Positions 53,301 through 64,000 of a stretch of DNA of 64,000 bases are shown here, piece by piece (within the stretch, counting starts at the first letter, position 1; each line of letters begins with the position of its first letter). The position numbers were made by a program, and so were the translations under genes. The notes below the pieces were generated by a model. It saw only the letters and a list, made by a program, of their open reading frames with translations. It had not been told where the DNA came from and did not search any database. This DNA is from Leucoraja ocellata (Eukaryota), in contig JAWMAR010000025.1 of assembly GCA_036785375.1 (NCBI GenBank), positions 2,542,001 through 2,606,000 of the forward strand, written 5' to 3'.

Positions 53301-54619
53301 CATAATTTACTCCTACATTCAGGATACCTACTGGAATGTGGGCTTCATGAGATATTACCAGCTCAAACAGTTACCCAATTTCCTGCTGGCATTCCCGATT
53401 ATAGCTTTGGGTATATGGGCAGCCAAGCAGTATGTGCTAAGTGATCCGTGGTATTGCATACACCTGGGCCTGCTCCACAAAAAACTGAAGGGAGAGAGAG
53501 AAGGGGATGGGAAACCGTCGTCTGGCTTCTCCAGTCATCGTGTGTTTGTCTATGTTGTTCATGCAACAGCACTGCTGGCATTTGGTGTTTGCTTCATGCA
53601 CATCCAGGTGAGAACTGTATGAAAGGACAATAAACACAGGGTGCACTAAAGATTCACGTGGAGCTTCCCACACCCATTAATTTCCCCCAGTGCAATCTTA
53701 TTTTCCTGTCCATTCCCAAATCATTAGGAATCTTAGAGGTTTAATCTTTCTTTCCTCAATTCCACACTCTTTTATATCTCAGCTAATTCAATCACTCTTC
53801 TGGATACTCCAAAACTATATTAATATTTCAAATCTAATTCCTCTATCCTTGTCTTGTTCCCCGTTGCCCTTTAAATATCACTCATTTGTTTATTCCCTAG
53901 CCATTAATAACCTACCCAATAATTAACCTACCCGATTGCTCGATCTCTGCTTATATCTTTAGATATTTAAACTAATATTTCCATTCCATTCCTCTGTCAA
54001 ATAACTTCACTTTTTTCAAGCAATGAAACCCTATTGAAAGAATTAATAAACTCAGCTTCCATACTGATTTGAAACGGAATTTTACGCATTTTACTTTTTT
54101 GTATAGTGAAATCGCTGTTTGTAAGATAATGTTTAATTTGGGTTACAAAATATAAGAAGGTCACTCCATTTGCGCTGGAGCTGACAAGAGCTGAGATTAG
54201 CCGGTTTCACTCTCCACAACTGCTGCCTGAGTTGCAGCAATATTTCCATCATTTTCTAATAAGCGTGATTTCCATTGTATGTGATTTTTGCTTTTGTTTG
54301 TTGACTGGAAGATGTGAGGTGTCTAATAATACTCTTGCTTTCTCCGCAGGTTATAACCAGGTTTCTGGCTTCCTCCTCTCCAGTCTTATACTGGTTCTCA
54401 GCCCACCTGCTCCAGGATAAAGAGCAGGGACATTTGGCACAGGACTCTGCTACCTCCTCATACCCATACACATTTAGCATAATTCCCAGAAACCCTCTCA
54501 CTGCTCTCATGCAGGACTGGCGAAGGTGCAGCCTGACTGCACGATGTGTCCTTGGATATTTCCTACTGTACTGGTTCCTTGGACTTGCTCTGCATTGTAA
54601 TTTTCTCCCGTGGACCTGA
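50324..54619 (+). CDS. PIGV: PIGV, GPI mannosyltransferase 2; complete CDS in 3 exons, about 505 aa
   Basis: Exons 50324-50395, 52432-53607 and 54350-54619 are all phase 0. Motifs: [52 protein letters not shown] and C-terminal LHCNFLPWT*. Confidence 0.96.
51600..52272 (-). repeat. Unclassified ~700-bp interspersed repeat, copy 2 (PIGV intron)
   Basis: Collinear with 41108-41845. Confidence 0.8.
52432..53607 (+). CDS. PIGV: PIGV large coding exon
   Basis: cag|ATGGTG...CCAG|gtgag; 1176 bp; multiple transmembrane segments. Confidence 0.96.
54350..54619 (+). CDS. PIGV: PIGV last coding exon
   Basis: cag|GTTATA...; [21 protein letters not shown]...LHCNFLPWT*. Confidence 0.96.
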   Translation, partial: VITRFLASSSPVLYWFSAHLLQDKEQGHLAQDSATSSYPYTFSIIPRNPLTALMQDWRRCSLTARCVLGYFLLYWFLGLALHCNFLPWT

Positions 54620-55064
54620 TCAATATCCTGCCACACATCCAACACTGATATTCACTGACTGCAGTGACCACCTCCCTTTGATAGATAGTAGCACCATTGA
54701 ATTCTTGGGTTGTCTATTCACTGGAATCTTAACAAGATCGTCCACAAACACCCTCACTGCTAGAGGTCAGAGACTGAGTACCTTGTGCAGAATTGGCCAC
54801 TTGCTGATTCATCCCTGACTTCCCCATAGACACCAAGCACGGAGTGAAGAAATGCTTTCCTTGTTTGGGTGAATGCATCTCCAATAACATTCAAAGTCAA
54901 TGCCATCTCAGACAGTAACCTACATAATCAGCACTCTAACCAGCAATGTCACCATTCACCACCTTCAGCACTGGTGAAATGTGGCCATAGCATGCTTGAA
55001 TTGCTAAATGCACTTTTCTCATTTGTTTCCCTTCCCTGCTGGCCTTGAATTGAAGGCAGTTAAG

Positions 55065-55303
55065 AATAAACCGCACTGTGGTGGATTTGGCTAAATTGGC
55101 TACATTTCTTATTTCCTTCACTCCATAGATGCTGCCTCACCCTCTGAGTTTCTCCAGCATTTTTGTCTACCTTCGATTTTCCAGCATCTGCAGTTTCTTC
55201 TTAAATAGTTAAATCCATGATTTATTTTGTATCTTCATTACATCTCTGTCATCAGCTACTTGTAGTATTGATTAATAAATTTGTTGAAATGCATCAGAAT
55301 AAA
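55065..55303 (+). terminator. Candidate PIGV polyadenylation signals
   Basis: AATAAA at 55065, 55274 and 55298 downstream of the PIGV stop; which is used is unknown. Confidence 0.4.
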
Positions 55304-55384
55304 CTTGCCATTGGAATCTGAACTGCAGTTTTTGAAATTTTGCAGTGTATTAATACTGTTGGATTCAAAGGGATATCCACTAAT

Positions 55385-56412
55385 TGACTCCCATAGCTAT
55401 CTTGATTACACTTCTTCCCATCCTGCTTCTTGTAAAGACTCTATCCACTACTTACAATTCCTCCGTCTATGCCGCATCTGCGCCCAGGATGAGGTTTTCC
55501 ATTCCAGGGCATCAGAGATGCCCTCATTCTTTAGGGAACGGGGATTCCATTATAGATGAGGGTCTCCTTGATATCCACTCTTACTCCCCCTCCCCTTATT
55601 CGTAACAAGGACAGAATCTCCCTTGTTCTGACCTTCCACCCCATCAGTCGTCACATACAGCATAAAATCCTCCAACATTTTCGCCACCTCCAACGGGATC
55701 CCATTACAGGCCACATCTTCCCATCTCCATCCCTTTTTGCTTTCCGCAGAAACCGTTCCCTCCGAAACTTCCTGGTCAAATCGTCCATTCCCATCCAAAC
55801 CACCTCCTCCCCAGGAACTTTCCCCTACAACCGTAGGAGATGCAACACCTGTCCCTTTACCCCCTCGACCCCATCCAAGGGTCCAAACAGTCTTTCCAGG
55901 TGAGGCAGAGGATCACTTGCACCTCCTCCAACCTTATCTACTGCATCCGTTGTTCTAGGTGTCAACTTCTCTACGTCGGTGAGACCAAGCGCAGGCTCAG
56001 CGATCGTTTCGTTGAATGCCTCCGTTCTGTCCGTCTTAACCTACCTGATCTCCCGGTGGTTCAGCACTTCAACTCCCCCTCCCATTCCCAATCTGACCTC
56101 TCTGTCCAGGGGCTCCTCCATTGTCAGAGTGAGACCCAGCGCAAATTGGAGAAACAGCACCTTGTATTTCGATTGGGTAGTTCACATCCCAGCAGTATGA
56201 CCATTGACCTCTAACTTTTGATAGCCCTTGCTTTCTCTCTCCATCCCCTCCCCCTTCCCAGTTCTCCCACCAGTCTTACTGTCTCCGCCTACATTCTATC
56301 TTTATCCCTCCCCTGGCATCAGTCTGAAGAAGGGTCTCGACTCAAAACGTCGGCAATTCCTTCCCTCCATAAATGCTGCCTCACCTGCTGAATTATTCCA
56401 GCATTTTGTGTC
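55385..56412 (+). mobile_element. Penelope-like retroelement, 5'-truncated
   Basis: DSHSYLDYTSSHPASCKDSI; FQVRQRITCTSSNLIYCIRCSRCQLLYVGETKRRLSDRF (GIY-YIG); terminal repeat from about 56318. Confidence 0.85.
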
Positions 56413-56589
56413 AACCACTAATTCAAAATTAGCTGAAAACATTACATTTCTGAATCCTGCCCTTAGTTTTTAATTCACAGACCATTTCTGTCAATGAAAC
56501 AACAATTAAAAAAAAACTTGCATTTTTATATACATGGTAAATCATCTGAGAATTTTTACAGAAATGGGTTCTGTCGGGTAATATAAAGG

Positions 56590-56998
56590 CCTCCCTTTCA
56601 TCAAGGGGATCTATCACAGTTGCCTCAAAAAGGCTGGCAGTATCATCAAGGACCCACACCATACTGGCCACACACTCATCTCCCTGCTACCTTCAGGTAG
56701 AAGGTAAATGAGTCTGAAGACTGCAACGACCAGATTCAGGAATAACTACTTCCCCACAGCCATCAGGCTATTAAACTTGTTTCTGACAAAACTCTGAACA
56801 TTAATAGCCCATTATTTGTTTATTTGCACTTTATCAGTTTATTTATTCATGTGTGTATATTTATATAATGGTATATGGACACACTGATCTGTTCTGTAGT
56901 CATGCCTACTATGTTCGGTTGTGCTGAAGCAAAGCAAGAATTTCATAGTCCTATCAGGGACACATGACAATAAACTCTCTTGAACCTTGAATCTTGAA
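56590..56998 (+). mobile_element. Rex1/Babar-like LINE 3' end
   Basis: [28 protein letters not shown]...TRFRNNYFPTAIRLLN, then aataaa and a cttgaa repeat tail. Related minus-strand pieces at about 17490-17755, 26405-26650 and 57050-57470. Confidence 0.7.
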
Positions 56999-57186
56999 GG
57001 AAGATGACTAAAAGGGTTTTAAAAAAAACCTTAAAGGAGAAAATCCCAGAATTTCGTACCAACCGAAAATAAGACCATACGCTGGGACAAGTTGAGTGTA
57101 TTGTTGTATGCACAAATACAATGAAATATAGGTACAACTGCAGCACATGTATATAGACTTAAACAAACCCACAAAAACATAAACTA

Positions 57187-57292
57187 AAGGTACACAAAAA
57201 AATGCTGGAGAAACTCAGCGGGTGCAACAGCATCTATGGAGCGAAGGAAATGGGTGACGTTTCGGGCCGAAACCCTTCTTCAGACTTTCTTC
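57187..57292 (-). mobile_element. Short hammerhead/terminal-repeat element with 12-bp TSD
   Basis: aaacataaacta at 57175-57186 and 57293-57304; best-preserved core at 57256-57283. Confidence 0.85.
57256..57283 (-). ncRNA. Minimal type I hammerhead ribozyme motif (best copy)
   Basis: Minus strand reads CUGAAGA A GGGU UUCG GCCC GAAAC GUC; conserved boxes and GUC triplet are present; activity untested. Confidence 0.7.
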
Positions 57293-57927
57293 AAACATAA
57301 ACTATACACGATGCACATGATTTTTGCCAGACAACAAAAATAAAAACGGCTGCAAAAAAAAAGGCATTAGTGCAAAATACAATTAGAAATAAAAACAAGT
57401 CCATGGCAGTGCAAGAGGTGCAATGTGTTTTAGTTGGGTTATGCGAGTTGGTTCAAGAACATGACAATCAAAGATTATAGCTCCTCTATAATCTTTGATG
57501 ACAATGTTTCGTTCACGTCTCCAGGCTGCCGGCCTTGGCCTCCAGGTGGCGCTGACCGCCGCCAATGCGGAGCTGCCCCACCATCGGGTGGCGGTGTGTC
57601 CGGAGGCCGGCTCATCGCCCCCATACTCCGCGCTTCTCTTCTCTCTTCTCTCTCCTCTCCCTGCTTTTGAGAGATTCGCTGCCACCAATCGCTTGGAGGC
57701 CGATCTCTTCCCTCCAGACGAGAGGCCCAGAACCTATTACCAGTCGCCATGGGATCGGGCGAGCCATCTCCCAATCACGACGTGACAGGTTGTGGGGATG
57801 GACATTTGTCATCCGTCCAGCAGTTGTGGTGGAGGCGCTGTCGGTGGAGGTTGTCGTTCCCGACCTCCCGGCGGCGCTGTATGTGGAGGCCCTCGGTCCG
57901 GAGCGGGGAGGCGAGGCACTGTTCTCT

Positions 57928-58121
57928 ACCTCCAGTCCTCAGGGTGGCGCTGCGCTGCTGGAGGTCCGTGGTCAGGCGGGCGCGGGGGCGGCGAAGGCGA
58001 AGCAGCCTGGGCCTCATCTCCACCTCCAGTCCTCAGGATGGCGCTGCGCTGCTGGAGGACCGTGGTCAGGCGGGGGCGGGGGCGACGAAGGCGAAGCAGC
58101 CTGGGCCTCATCTCCACCTCC
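57928..58121. repeat. 94-bp tandem duplication in the ZDHHC18 CpG island
   Basis: acctccagtcctcag... units start at 57928 and 58022; 4 substitutions. Confidence 0.95.
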
Positions 58122-58303
58122 GGGGCTGCTGGGGGCGCTGCGACGGGAGGTCCCCGCGGCCAGGCCAGGCCACCGCCCGTGACCAGCGGCTGTCATGTTC
58201 AGTACACGGCAAGTGTGGCGGGCCGTGCGGGAGGTGGGCCGCCCACTGACGGAGCTCGAGTGCGGATACTGTGCGCTGTGAGAGAGAGTCCGTCCCTCCG
58301 GTG

Positions 58304-58566
58304 ATGAACGTGTGCGAGTACCGGCAGATCGCGCTAGGCCCCGGGCCCGGCTCCGGCTCCAGCGCCACCTCCCAGGCCCAGCCCCCGGCCTCGGGCAAAC
58401 AGCAGCAGCAGCAGCAGCAGCAGCGCCGTCGCCGCAAGTGGGAATCGTTCGCCGGGAAGAACCGGTTCTTCTGCGACGGGCGGCTGATCAGCGGGCGGCA
58501 GAGCGGCGCCTTCTACCTGACCCTGGGCCTCATCGTCGGCACCAGCGGACTCTTCTTCGGGTTCGA
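58304..58566 (+). CDS. ZDHHC18: ZDHHC18 exon 1 (coding part)
   Basis: ATG at 58304 to TTCGA|gtaag; 263 bp; includes Q8. Confidence 0.9.
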
Positions 58567-61500
58567 GTAAGTGTTTCTTCTTTAACTTAGCGAGAAGGTC
58601 GGGCAGCGTCTGTGGAGGGAATAGGGGATGTGATGTATTAAAGAAGGAACTGCAGATGCTGGAAAATCGAAGGTACACAAAAATGCTGGAGAAACTCAGC
58701 GGGTGCAGCAGCATCTATGGAGCGAAGGAAATAGGCAACGTTTCGGGCCGAAACTCTTCTTCAGAGTGATGGGGGGTGGGGGATGTGATGTGCCAGGGTG
58801 GGTTACTGCCTCAGCATGGCATCATGGCATCAGAACATTAAACCAGCCTAACTCTTAGAACAACGCAACTTAAAGGGAAAGCGAGAGAAACAAGGAGACT
58901 GTGAGTGGTGGAATCTGGGACAGAAACAAAGCCAGCTGTTGAGGAACTCAGCGGGTCGACCAGCGTCTGTGGAGGGAATGGACAGAAGAAGGGTCCCGAC
59001 CCGAGACATTGTCTGTCCATTCCCCGTCCACAGACACTACCTGACCCGTTGAGTTCCTCCATTTATTAGCTATTTAGTTGAACAGGTGAGGCAAGTGGGG
59101 AACGAGGTGGTACGGGGAAATAAGGCAAAGAACATTTGATATTTTTAGTGTCCAGGAATAATCTTTGCAAACACTTCCAACGAATGTGTCCAAAGAAGAG
59201 TAGACAGCTTCAATTTCCTTGACGTCAATATGGCCAGCAACGTAACATGGTCCCTTTCTCTCTTCTACCCTCTGGTAGAAGATACATGAGTTTGAAAGCC
59301 CAGACTGAAGAACAATTATCAGACTCCTGAACTTATCATCTCTTTCTCACTCTCTTCACGTACTCTCACTAGAGTTAAGAGGGAAAGTTAAATCAGCCAT
59401 GATTGAAGGGCGGAGTAGACTCGATGGGCCAATGCCTTCTATGAATTTATAATCTGACTGAAACCACCAGAAGCTATTTGGAATCCTCATTCTCCTGATC
59501 CATCAACGATTGTTCACTAAAACAGGCAACCTATCCCTGGCTCAGTGGTACGCTGAGAAATTGGGATCACAGAAGGACTTTGCACAATTGTTTTTCCTCC
59601 GTCCCAGATTCATTCAAAGGTTTGCGGAGACGCATTCAAATACAACAGTGAAATAAGTCTACTGCTATAGTCAGCTGTGATGCAAGTAGGACACCAAGTC
59701 TCTTTAGTGAACTTCAACTATGTTGGAATCCTCAACAAGCAAAAATAATGAGAGGGTGCTACGTAGAAAGGCCTACACCTTCAATTCAGAGCTTTTCATA
59801 GTTGTGTGGTAGTCTGGATTATCAACCTGTCCCTTTCAGATGGACCGCACATTCCAAGGGTCTTATAAACTGCAGCTGATTAACTGCAGTGAAGGCAGGG
59901 AAGAAAGCGAATGGTATGTTAGCTTTCATAGCAAAAGGATTTGAGTATAGGAGCAGGGAGGTTCTACTGCAGTTGTACAGGGTCTTGGTGAGACCACACC
60001 TGGAGTATTGCGTACAGTTTTGGTCTCCAAATCTGAGGAAGGACATTATTGCCATAGAGGAAGTGCAGAGAAGGTTCACCAGACTGATTCCTGGGATGTC
60101 AGGACTGTCTTATGAAGAAAGACTGAATAGACTTGGTTTATACTCTCTAGAATTTAGGAGATTGAGAGGGGATCTTATAGAAACGTACAAAATTCTTAAG
60201 GGGTTGGACAGATGCAGGAAGATTGCTCACGATGTTGGGGAAGTCCAGGACAAGGGGTCACAGCTTAAGGATAAGGGGGAAATCCTTTAAAACCGAGATG
60301 AGAAGAACTTTTTTCACACAGAGAGTGGTGAATCTCTGGAACTCTCTGCCACAGAGGGTAGTCGAGGCCAGTTCATTGGCTATATTTAAGAGGGAGTTAG
60401 ATGTGGCCCTTGTGGCTAGGGGGATCAAAGGGTATGGAGAGAAGGCAGGTACGGGAAACTGAGTTGGATGATCAGCCATGATCATATTGAATGGCGGTGC
60501 AGGCTCGAAGGGCCGAATGGCCTACTCCTGCACCTAATTTCTATGTTTCTATGACTGTTGGCTGCCAGGGCATGTCTGGCCATTGCTTGATGTGATGAAT
60601 AATTTCCCGGTTTTGTTTTTTTTATTTGGTCACAGGACATGAACGTTGATAGAAGTCCCAAATTTATCATCCAATCCTAAATGGCCCTTGAGTGAGAGGC
60701 TTGCTAGACTATTTCAGAGGATACTTGAGTCAAAGATACTGCTGTGGTATTTTACACTGAGGCAGAGCTGAGTACGATAGTCACATTGGATGCAGAGTGA
60801 ACATGAACAAAAAATGTTCAGAAGAAGGCTGTTGTACCTCTCCACTGTAGAAGGGTCTCTACCTGAAATGTCATTTGTGTAATTCCCTCCACAGAGGCTG
60901 CCTGACCCACTGAGTTCCTCCATCACTTTGTGTTTTGCTCAAGATCCCAGCATCTGCAGTTTCTTGTATCTCCAGCGCATTAGGTACCAAGTAAAGCGAC
61001 ATTCTCTCCAATTGAATAATTGTGTGGTTTTATGATGCATGTCCAGAATAAATGTCAACCGTTTGGCTTTCATTTTCACAGCTGTCCTTACTTGACGGAG
61101 AACCTGACCGTGGCCATTCCAATCATTGCAGGACTACTGTTTGTGTTTGTACTAAGCACATTGCTGCACACGAGCTTCACCGATCCTGGGATCCTGCCGC
61201 GATCTACCCCGGATGAAGCAGCCAACTTGGAGAAGCAGATAGGTGAATGTACTTCTTGGCTGACTGTATTACCTGCATTCTAGCTGAACCCAGGAAATCT
61301 GGAATATGAAGGGGTTAATATGAAGTAGGGTTATAATCATTTTTAACTAGCTTGTGAATTATTTGCAGTTTTAATTTTAAGAAAGAAATACAAACATGCT
61401 TTTTATGTAATCTGAGTAAATAATTTGAAGGTGTCATTTCTATCATATTTCGTTACGTGCTTGCTTCGATCACTGGATCCTCCTAGTGTCTCCAGACTTT

Positions 61501-63192
61501 TGCTCTTATACAATTCCAGCCTTTTATGCATTCTCAATTTCCGTTACTCCCGAAGGGAAACAGACTGGGCCATTGTTAGAGGAGAGCTTGATTACATTCA
61601 TTTTTAACTTTAAGAACTAAGACCAGTATTTTGTGAATGAGGAATTACAAATGATGAGGCGCCCAGGTAAATAAGCCTGGTTTCAGGCAGAACTGCCCCT
61701 TGTACGGGCTCCTCCTCCTCCCTTTTTCCTTCCTTCTCCCCCCCACACCCACACCAGTCTGAAGAAGGGTTTTGGCCCGAAACGTCGCCTATTTCCTTCG
61801 CTCCATAGATGCTGCTGCACCCGCTGAGTTTCTCCAGCATTTTTGTGTACCTTTGCCCCTTGTACTCTACCTTGTTGACCGAGCTGGACTGAAGCGAATC
61901 AGTCAATTGCAGTGCGATGCACTGTATGTGTCAGCAGCAAATGGGACCTGCGTGGGGCAGAGAATTGGACCCAAAGTGAAACGGGTTTCTATCACTCCCA
62001 GAACTGCAGCTCGTGTTGTGCTGGCTCAGTGGTTGGAGAGCGAGTAGTGATCAGACAGAATGTGGCTTACGATCAAGGGAGTAAAGTTTGCTTTCCTTAA
62101 CTGGGCTGTGATGGACCTTAGGTACACAAAAAAGCTGGAGAAACTCAGCGGGTGCAGCAGCATCTATGGAGCGAAGGAAATAGGCAACGTTTCGGGCCGA
62201 AACCCTTCTGTTTCTTCCTCCTTTGCATGCCCCTCACCTTCAGAGAGGGAGAGGCAGTGCATTTGGGAGAAATTGTTTATTGGTCATTCGACCTGGTCAT
62301 ATAGGTTAAAGTTTCATCAGTTTCCAGCACTTTAAAACAAAATGTACTCTTTTCTTTTTCAGATAACTCTGGTGGGTCGGGTTATCGACCGCCACCTCGA
62401 ACAAAGGAGGTGTTGATCAATGGACAGACAGTCAAACTCAAATACTGCTTCAGCTGCAAAATGTTCAGGCCTCCACGAACATCGCACTGCAGCCTCTGTG
62501 ATAACTGTGTGGGTGAGTGTTGGTTGAGGGCAGACCCAAGGGCATGGGGCTGGATAAAGATACAAGCAGCATGTCATTGCAGTTTCTGGGGGTTGGCATG
62601 TAATTGGAGTTTCTGAGGGTTGGGTGTGAACTGGTTCCTAAGTGGGCAGGGGATTTGGTGGGACCGGTGCCATTGGGTATAGGCTTGTGGGAGATGGTGG
62701 CCAATGTAAATTGTCACAATTCCCCAAAGTCATTGTGATCACGAAACCGAGTTTAAAAAGGGGCGCACAGTGAGTTGGATGCTGTTGGTCACCGAGGGAA
62801 AGATCAGTCCGAGGACGTTATCATTTTGGGCATTTCTGCAAGGACACCCAGTCGACTGGATTCCCAACTCTTAATTATTATCCACCGGTCTGTTATGAGA
62901 TCATCTAGTGGGATTAAGAAGCAGATGGGTTGGACCATCTCTGCCAGATCTCTGAGGACTGGAAAACGGATTGTGGTTGTTTCAGCCCAGAATTGAAATC
63001 CCTAAGAAGAGGTGTATCTTGCTGTGCTAATGTGAATCTTTGTCCATCTTACAGAGCGATTTGATCACCACTGTCCTTGGGTCGGAAACTGTGTTGGGAA
63101 AAGGAACTACAGATTTTTCTACATGTTTCTGTTGTCGCTTTCCTTTCTAACTGCTTTCATTTTTGCCTGCGTGATAACTCACCTTGCACTCC
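58304..63192 (+). CDS. ZDHHC18: ZDHHC18 palmitoyltransferase, 3'-partial; first 4 coding exons
   Basis: MNVCEYRQI...[19 protein letters not shown]; TDPGILPR; [43 protein letters not shown]; adjacent to PIGV. Confidence 0.92.
58400..58423 (+). repeat. (CAG)8 coding microsatellite (polyQ)
   Basis: Pure CAG run in ZDHHC18 exon 1. Confidence 0.95.
58637..58778 (-). mobile_element. Short hammerhead/terminal-repeat element with 13-bp TSD
   Basis: ggggatgtgatgt at 58624-58636 and 58779-58791. Confidence 0.85.
59884..60553 (+). mobile_element. CR1-clade LINE 3' end
   Basis: Nearly identical to 47930-48547; ends in ttctatgtttctatg. Confidence 0.92.
61082..61242 (+). CDS. ZDHHC18: ZDHHC18 exon 2
   Basis: cag|CTGTCC...ATAG|gtgaa; [17 protein letters not shown]...[11 protein letters not shown]; 161 bp. 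Confidence 0.94.
61706..61853 (+). mobile_element. Short hammerhead/terminal-repeat element with 12-bp TSD
   Basis: tgccccttgtac at 61694-61705 and 61854-61865; core at 61759-61786. Confidence 0.85.
61759..61786 (+). ncRNA. Minimal type I hammerhead ribozyme motif
   Basis: CUGAAGA A GGGU UUUG GCCC GAAAC GUC. Confidence 0.68.
62363..62512 (+). CDS. ZDHHC18: ZDHHC18 exon 3
   Basis: cag|ATAACT...GTGG|gtgag; [26 protein letters not shown]; 150 bp. Confidence 0.94.
63055..63192 (+). CDS. ZDHHC18: ZDHHC18 exon 4 (DHHC motif)
   Basis: cag|AGCGAT...CTCC|gtaag; [22 protein letters not shown]; 138 bp; not in the ORF track. Confidence 0.95.
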
Positions 63193-63752
63193 GTAAGTTT
63201 GCTTTGGAACATTGTTCCCGTGTTAGTAATACTATGTATAAATGTTGTTATGGCAAAGGACAGTCCAATAGTTAATAGGAAGTGAGGAAAGGTGGAGCAT
63301 GTATGGGAATGAATTATCCTTGGAAATCCATTTTATGGATTAGCTCTCCAGCTCTCTGAATTACTGCTTTTCTTTAGAGATGAGGTCACAGGTCTTATGA
63401 TTTTAAAATTAGCGGGTGAAAGGTATTTGTGTAGGAAGGCTTTACACCAAATATAGACGTAAAATGCTGGAGTAACTCAGCAGGACAGGCAGCATCCCTT
63501 GAGACAAGAAATGGGCTTTGACAGTCTGAAGAAGTCTCAACTCAAAACGTCACACATTCATAGAAACAGGAAAATAGGCACAGAAGTAGGCCATTCTCTC
63601 TCCCTCTCCCTCTCCCTCTCCCATTCCCTCTCCAAACGATATTTGGACAAGGTACTTGGATAGGAAAGGTTTAGAGGTATATGGGCCAAACGCAGGCAGG
63701 CAGGACAAGTGTAAATGGGGCATCTGGGCCAGCGTGGGCATGTTGGGCCAAA

Positions 63753-64000
63753 GGGCACAGTGGCACAGCTGGTGGAGTTGCTGACTCTCAGTGCCAGAGA
63801 TCTGGGTTCGACCCTGATCTCGGGTGTTGTCTGTGTGAAGTTTGCATGTTCTCTCAGTGACGGATCAGTTTCCTCCCCCGTCCCAAAGACGTGCGGATAT
63901 GTAGGTTCATTGGCCTCTGTAAATTGCCCCTAGTGTGTACGGAGTTAATACAAAAGTGGGATAACGTAGAACTAGTGAGAATGGGTGAACGCTGGTCAGC
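63753..64000 (+). mobile_element. V-SINE (HE1-like), runs off the window
   Basis: gggcacagtggcacagc...gggttcgaccctg...gtttgcatgttctc. Confidence 0.75.

Larger units (their letters stand above)
57505..58570 (+). promoter_or_regulatory. CpG island covering ZDHHC18 promoter, 5'UTR and exon 1
   Basis: About 1 kb very GC/CpG-rich; CCAAT boxes near 57562, 57685 and 57771; GC boxes. Confidence 0.85.

Noticed and set aside
57383-58714. Many overlapping 60-205 aa ORFs on both strands
   Set aside because: Expected from stop-poor CpG-island sequence; only the ZDHHC18 frame is recognisable

Overview
Eukaryotic (vertebrate) genomic DNA, most likely from a cartilaginous fish (skate/ray), judged from HE1/V-SINE-like and CR1/HER1-like repeats. 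Three spliced genes lie on the + strand in the order known from other vertebrates. ARID1A is present as its last 16 coding exons (6714-34518, with ARID and C-terminal BAF250 domains); its 3'UTR is interrupted by a 151-nt N gap. PIGV has a complete CDS in 3 exons (50324-54619, about 505 aa). ZDHHC18 is present as its first 4 coding exons (58304-63192, including the DHHC motif). Exon boundaries were read by hand from AG/GT sites, and the reading phases join correctly. Introns and intergenic DNA are dense in retroelements. The most notable signal is a Penelope-like system: 5'-truncated elements with a GIY-YIG endonuclease, plus about 20 short terminal-repeat derivatives. These derivatives carry a minimal hammerhead-ribozyme core (CTGAAGA-A-GGGT-NNNN-RCCC-GAAAC-GTH). 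Several are flanked by their own 10-17 bp target-site duplications, and several are fold-back hairpins with hammerhead-like cores on both strands. Family names and comparisons with human come from recognition, not database searches.
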